Positions 60,336-64,000 of a stretch of DNA of 64,000 nucleotides are shown here, piece after piece. Positions within the stretch are counted from its first letter, which is position 1; each line of letters starts with the position of its first letter. The notes under the pieces are model-generated. The model had not been told where the DNA came from and did no database searches. It saw only the letters and a list, made by a program, of their open reading frames with translations. The position numbers and the translations under genes were made by a program. Origin of the DNA: Vicinamibacterales bacterium (GTDB lineage Bacteria; Acidobacteriota; Vicinamibacteria; Vicinamibacterales; UBA2999); contig DATDOE010000062.1 in the NCBI GenBank assembly GCA_035293405.1, forward strand, positions 7,526 to 71,525. Direction: 5' to 3'.

Positions 60336-60653
60336 ATGGCAAACGCAACCGGACCGATGCAGAACGTGACCGTCAAACTCTTCCCGAACGACAAGGGCAA
60401 CCCTCCAGGGAAGCTCGCAGACGCCGAGATCCATTTTACCGACGGCGCGCTCGCCGGACTCAAGCTCATCGGCTTCACCATTTGGGAGCGCAAGAACGGC
60501 GGGCGCACCGTGACGTTCCCCGCGCGCCAGTACGCTGTGAATGGCGAACGCCGGAGCTTCGCGCTGCTGCGGCCGATCGTCGACGCCAACGCGCAGAATC
60601 TCGTGCGTGACCTGATCCTCTTGGCCTACGCCGAGCAGGAAATGGTCGCGTGA
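60336..60653 (+). CDS. SpoVG-like hypothetical protein
   Basis: GGAGG RBS; KLADAEIHF..LKLIGFTIWE..VTFPAR..LILLAY pattern resembles SpoVG. Confidence 0.6.
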   Translation: MANATGPMQNVTVKLFPNDKGNPPGKLADAEIHFTDGALAGLKLIGFTIWERKNGGRTVTFPARQYAVNGERRSFALLRPIVDANAQNLVRDLILLAYAEQEMVA

Positions 60654-61033
60654 GCGATCGGCGCTCGCGGTGCGAGCGAAACGTGTGTCGGGCCGATGCA
60701 GAGGGGCGAGCGGGGCTCCACGATCCAGCGACCTCGGCGGTACCAAAAATGCGTAGTCGCTACCCTCGATTCGTTAGGCGGAGATCGCCGTCCGAAGCGG
60801 TCCGCCACTGCTTCTGAGGTCCGAAGAAGCGTTCCAACTTCCGATCTTGCAAAGTCTTGCCGCTCGCGCCCCGTTGTCGTCATGCCAAGTCGAGCGCGAC
60901 CGCTCCATGGCTCCACTCTTGCAGTAGTGTGAACACTGTTCTGCCGCAACCGATCGCTGGGACCTTGGGCCGCCCGAATACTGCGCCACGGCGGAGCCTT
61001 GGCGTCTCGGAATCCTCGAGCAGGAGGGACGTC

Positions 61034-61729
61034 GTGGCACGCGAGAACCGGCTCCTCGCCTCGCTCCAGCCAGACGAAAGACTGCGCCTGGCCTCGCGAC
61101 TCGAACACGTGGTGCTCCCCAAAGGAAAGGTCCTGTACGAAGCCGGCGACGCGGTTCGGCATGCCTACTTTCCGACGCACGGCCTCCTCTCGCTCCTCGC
61201 GATCACGCCCAACGCCGAAGCCATTGAGGTCGCGATGGTGGGCAGCGAGGGGTTCATCGGGCTGCCGATCGTTCTGCACAGCGACACCACGTCGTATCGA
61301 GTCGTGGCGCAGCTCTCCACGGCGGCCCTACGCATGCGCGCCGAGGCCCTGCGCGCGGAACTCGGGCGTTCGAGTTCGTTTCACAAATCCCTCCTGCGCT
61401 ACGCCCACGACGTGCTCAGCGAGACCTCGCGATCTCTCGTCTGCCATCGCTTCCATTCGCCCTCACAGCGCCTCAGCCGATGGTTGCTCGGTGCCGGCGA
61501 CCGTCTCGGTTCCGACACGCTCGACCTGACGCATGAGGGTCTGGCGCATGTCTTGGGGATTCCGCGCACCGCCGTCACTGAGGCGGCCGTCGCGCTCCAG
61601 GACGCCGGCCACATTTGGTATCGACACGGCCACATCATCATCAAGAACCGCCCGCAGCTGAGAATGGCCGCGTGTGATTGCTATCGCGTGAATGAGCGCG
61701 AAGAGGACCACGTCCCTTCCGCTGGTTGA
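61034..61729 (+). CDS. Crp/Fnr family transcriptional regulator
   Basis: NRLLASL, YFPT, EVAMVGSEG, QRLSRWLL, LTHE..HTH, ACDCY; AGGAGG RBS. Confidence 0.9.
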   Translation: MARENRLLASLQPDERLRLASRLEHVVLPKGKVLYEAGDAVRHAYFPTHGLLSLLAITPNAEAIEVAMVGSEGFIGLPIVLHSDTTSYRVVAQLSTAALRMRAEALRAELGRSSSFHKSLLRYAHDVLSETSRSLVCHRFHSPSQRLSRWLLGAGDRLGSDTLDLTHEGLAHVLGIPRTAVTEAAVALQDAGHIWYRHGHIIIKNRPQLRMAACDCYRVNEREEDHVPSAG

Positions 61730-62022
61730 CTGCGCTGTTGCACCGCAGTTCAGCGGCGCGCAGCGTGTTCGCGAACTGTCGGACGCGCGACACTGTCTGA
61801 AACGTGGCAGACAGCGCTGCGCACGGCCGCATACGCTGCGCATAGTCGATCGCTGTCGCGGATGGCTGGTCAGGACCGTCTCCCGAATCCAGGGCCATCC
61901 GCGGGCGGTCAAGAACAACGAAACGCCTGAACCGTCCGGCCTTCCGCGCACGACCGACCGCCGCTCTCCAATTCGGCAGCCGCCGCCCGAGGTCGACAGG
62001 ACACGCGCTTGTGGAGGAAGTT

Positions 62023-62328
62023 ATGACACCTCACCTCCTGCGCACGCGACCGCTCGCGTCGCTCATCCGCCGCCTCTGGATCCCTTCTGTAACGCTCGTC
62101 ACGTTTCCGTCGATCGCGCTCGCGCAATCGCCTTGGGAACGGGCGGCCTCGAATCTTGAAGCGACGTTCACGGGACCGCTGGCGCGGTCGCTCGCGCTCG
62201 TCGCCATCGTCATTGGCGGACTGATGTTCATGTTCGGCGAAGGCGGCGCCAAGCGACAGGTCAGTGGCATCGTCTTCGGCGGCGGCCTTGCGCTGTTCGC
62301 CGCGCAATTTCTCGCCTGGCTCTTCTAG
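62023..62328 (+). CDS. virB2: VirB2/TrbC pilin
   Basis: AQSPWE processing site, FTGPLAR, two hydrophobic helices. Confidence 0.85.
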   Translation: MTPHLLRTRPLASLIRRLWIPSVTLVTFPSIALAQSPWERAASNLEATFTGPLARSLALVAIVIGGLMFMFGEGGAKRQVSGIVFGGGLALFAAQFLAWLF

Positions 62329-62349
62329 CCAGTTCGACGGAGGCACGCC

Positions 62350-62649
62350 ATGCATGCCGGGAATCTGCCGGAGTACCGACCCGTTTATCGCGCGCTCCAT
62401 CGTCCGCTGACGGTGTGCGGCGTGGATCGACGTCTGTTCTTCCTGGCGCTGCTCGTCGGCGCGGCGACGTTCAACCTGTTCTACAGCTTTCTCGCCGGCT
62501 GCCTGCTGTTCGTCCTGCTCTACGCGTTCGCGTGGTTCAGCACGTCGCGCGACCCGCAGATGCTCCAGATCTTGCTGCGGTCGGGAACGGGACGCGCGCG
62601 CTATGACGCCGCGAAGCATGACCGGTTCGAGATCGCCTTCAAGGGGTGA
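62350..62649 (+). CDS. virB3: VirB3/TrbD T4SS protein
   Basis: VYRALHRPLTVCGVDR, two TMs, DPQ. Confidence 0.85.
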   Translation: MHAGNLPEYRPVYRALHRPLTVCGVDRRLFFLALLVGAATFNLFYSFLAGCLLFVLLYAFAWFSTSRDPQMLQILLRSGTGRARYDAAKHDRFEIAFKG

Positions 62650-62652
62650 GTC

Positions 62653-64000
62653 ATGGTCAGAGTCAGCCGCATTCTGAAGGACTACCGCGAGGCCGGAGCC
62701 GTGAACGGCCTGTTGGCCCTGTGGGGCTTTGTCGCTGAGGATTCCACGTTTCTGACCAAGTCCGGCGCCCTGGGCGTCGTGTTCCGCCTGGAAGGCGTCG
62801 ACTACGAATGCCTCGACCACGTCGAGCGACAGGCGATCACGCATCGCTTCGAGCAGGCGCTTCGGCAACTCGACGAGTCCTTCCGCGTCTACCAGTACGT
62901 GATCAAGCGCCCAGCGCCGCCGATTGCCTCGGCGACCCATCCCCAGCCGGTTGTCAACGAGGCGCTCCAGCGTCGTGCCGAGTACCTCTCGTGCAAAGCC
63001 GACGCGCTGTTCGAGCTGGAGTTGTATCTCGTCGTGTTCTACGAGAGCTGGACCCTCGGACCGACCGCCTCACGCCGGTTGGCCGGCCTCACCCGATCGC
63101 CGATCGCGACGCTTCGTGAATGGCTGTCGACGCGAACGGTCACCACGGTGATGGGGGAGCAGCTCGACCAGGCCGTCGCCCATCTGCGCCAGAAAGCCGA
63201 CGCCTTCACGATCCAGCTCGCCGACACGGTCAGGCCGGTCCGGCTCGGCAAGACTGAGGCATTCCGTTTTTTCAGACGTCTGCTCAACTACACGCCGCAC
63301 AAGGCCGATTCCGCGGTGCTCAAGTACGACACCCATCTGGATTTCTACGCCGCCGACTCGTCGGTCGAGTGCCATCGGGACCACCTGGACGTGGATGACT
63401 TCCGCGTCAAGGTGATGACGATGAAGGAGCCGCCAGCGAAGACGTTCGCCCACATCCTGCAGGATCTGTACACGGTCCCCAGCAGCTTCATCGCGTGCCT
63501 GGAATGGCAGCGCCTGCCGAACGCCCAGATGCGGCGTGACATTCACACGCGCCGCCGGCACTTTTTCAACAAGAAAGTCTCGATGATCAACTACCTCAGT
63601 TCGCAAACGAAGCCAGAGGAGATGCTCGTCGACGACTCGGCGACGGCGACCGTCAGCGAGCTGGGGCAGAGCCTGACCGAAATGGAGGTGCACGGCCATT
63701 TCTTTGGCGCGTGCTCGCTCAGCATTGTGCTGTTCGACCGGGACGCCCGGCGGCTCGATCGAAGTGCGGCGGAATGTGTGAAAGCCTTTGCCGGGCACGA
63801 CGGATCACTCTACGAGGAGAGCTACAACCTCTTGAATGCGTGGCTCGCGGTCGTGCCCGGCAACTCCGCTCACAATCTCCGCCGTCTCGCGCTGCTCAAC
63901 ACCACCGTCGCCGACCTCAGCTTCCTCTTCACGCTTCACACGGGCCAGCGCACGAGCGCGCATCTCGGAAACCGCGAATACCTCGCCGTGTTCGAGACGG
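62653..64000 (+). CDS. virB4: VirB4/TrbE ATPase, 5' partial
   Basis: ATG 62653, MVRVSRILKDYREAG..FLTKSG..GVDYE, AWLAVVPGN; open to the window end; follows virB2-virB3. Confidence 0.85.
   Translation, partial: MVRVSRILKDYREAGAVNGLLALWGFVAEDSTFLTKSGALGVVFRLEGVDYECLDHVERQAITHRFEQALRQLDESFRVYQYVIKRPAPPIASATHPQPVVNEALQRRAEYLSCKADALFELELYLVVFYESWTLGPTASRRLAGLTRSPIATLREWLSTRTVTTVMGEQLDQAVAHLRQKADAFTIQLADTVRPVRLGKTEAFRFFRRLLNYTPHKADSAVLKYDTHLDFYAADSSVECHRDHLDVDDFRVKVMTMKEPPAKTFAHILQDLYTVPSSFIACLEWQRLPNAQMRRDIHTRRRHFFNKKVSMINYLSSQTKPEEMLVDDSATATVSELGQSLTEMEVHGHFFGACSLSIVLFDRDARRLDRSAAECVKAFAGHDGSLYEESYNLLNAWLAVVPGNSAHNLRRLALLNTTVADLSFLFTLHTGQRTSAHLGNREYLAVFET

Larger units (their letters stand above)
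51096..64000. mobile_element. Integrative conjugative element/genomic island, left part
   Basis: att copy, integrase remnant, ardC, TA pair, many fragments, virB2-B3-B4. Confidence 0.75.

Overview
GC-rich bacterial chromosome segment; gene content and repeat style suggest Acidobacteriota (Vicinamibacteria-like), which is an inference. 1-7 kb: secreted redox cluster (PQQ/cytochrome c dehydrogenase, two heme c-PHM-type copper monooxygenase-fold proteins, one with and one without Cu ligands, and a heavy-metal-binding-repeat protein). 7-9.3 kb: decayed defence remnant (NE0113-type CARF-wHTH gene, AbiEii-like nucleotidyltransferase). 9.3-49.6 kb: mostly housekeeping (qor, sulfatase, surE, rpoZ, hsp20-dnaK, ymdB-xseAB-ispA-tlyA-nadK, mltG-ruvX, envC-ctpA-hup, tRNA-Val, thrS-infC-rpmI-rplT-pheST-zapB-zapA-6S RNA-thiL, ABC heterodimer, slt). 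Many of its gene junctions carry short arrays with a strict 7-nt period but different unit sequences; one inverted pair brackets a four-helix-bundle (IVP/Avd-like) gene, and the others look like empty sites. This is the most striking unexplained pattern. From 51.1 kb: an integrative element bounded by a tmRNA-3'-like att copy, carrying an attC-like site, a TA pair, integrase/comM/rmuC/Crp fragments, ardC behind a long stem-loop, a FixL-like two-component cassette and the start of a VirB2-B3-B4 T4SS operon. No CRISPR array was found.
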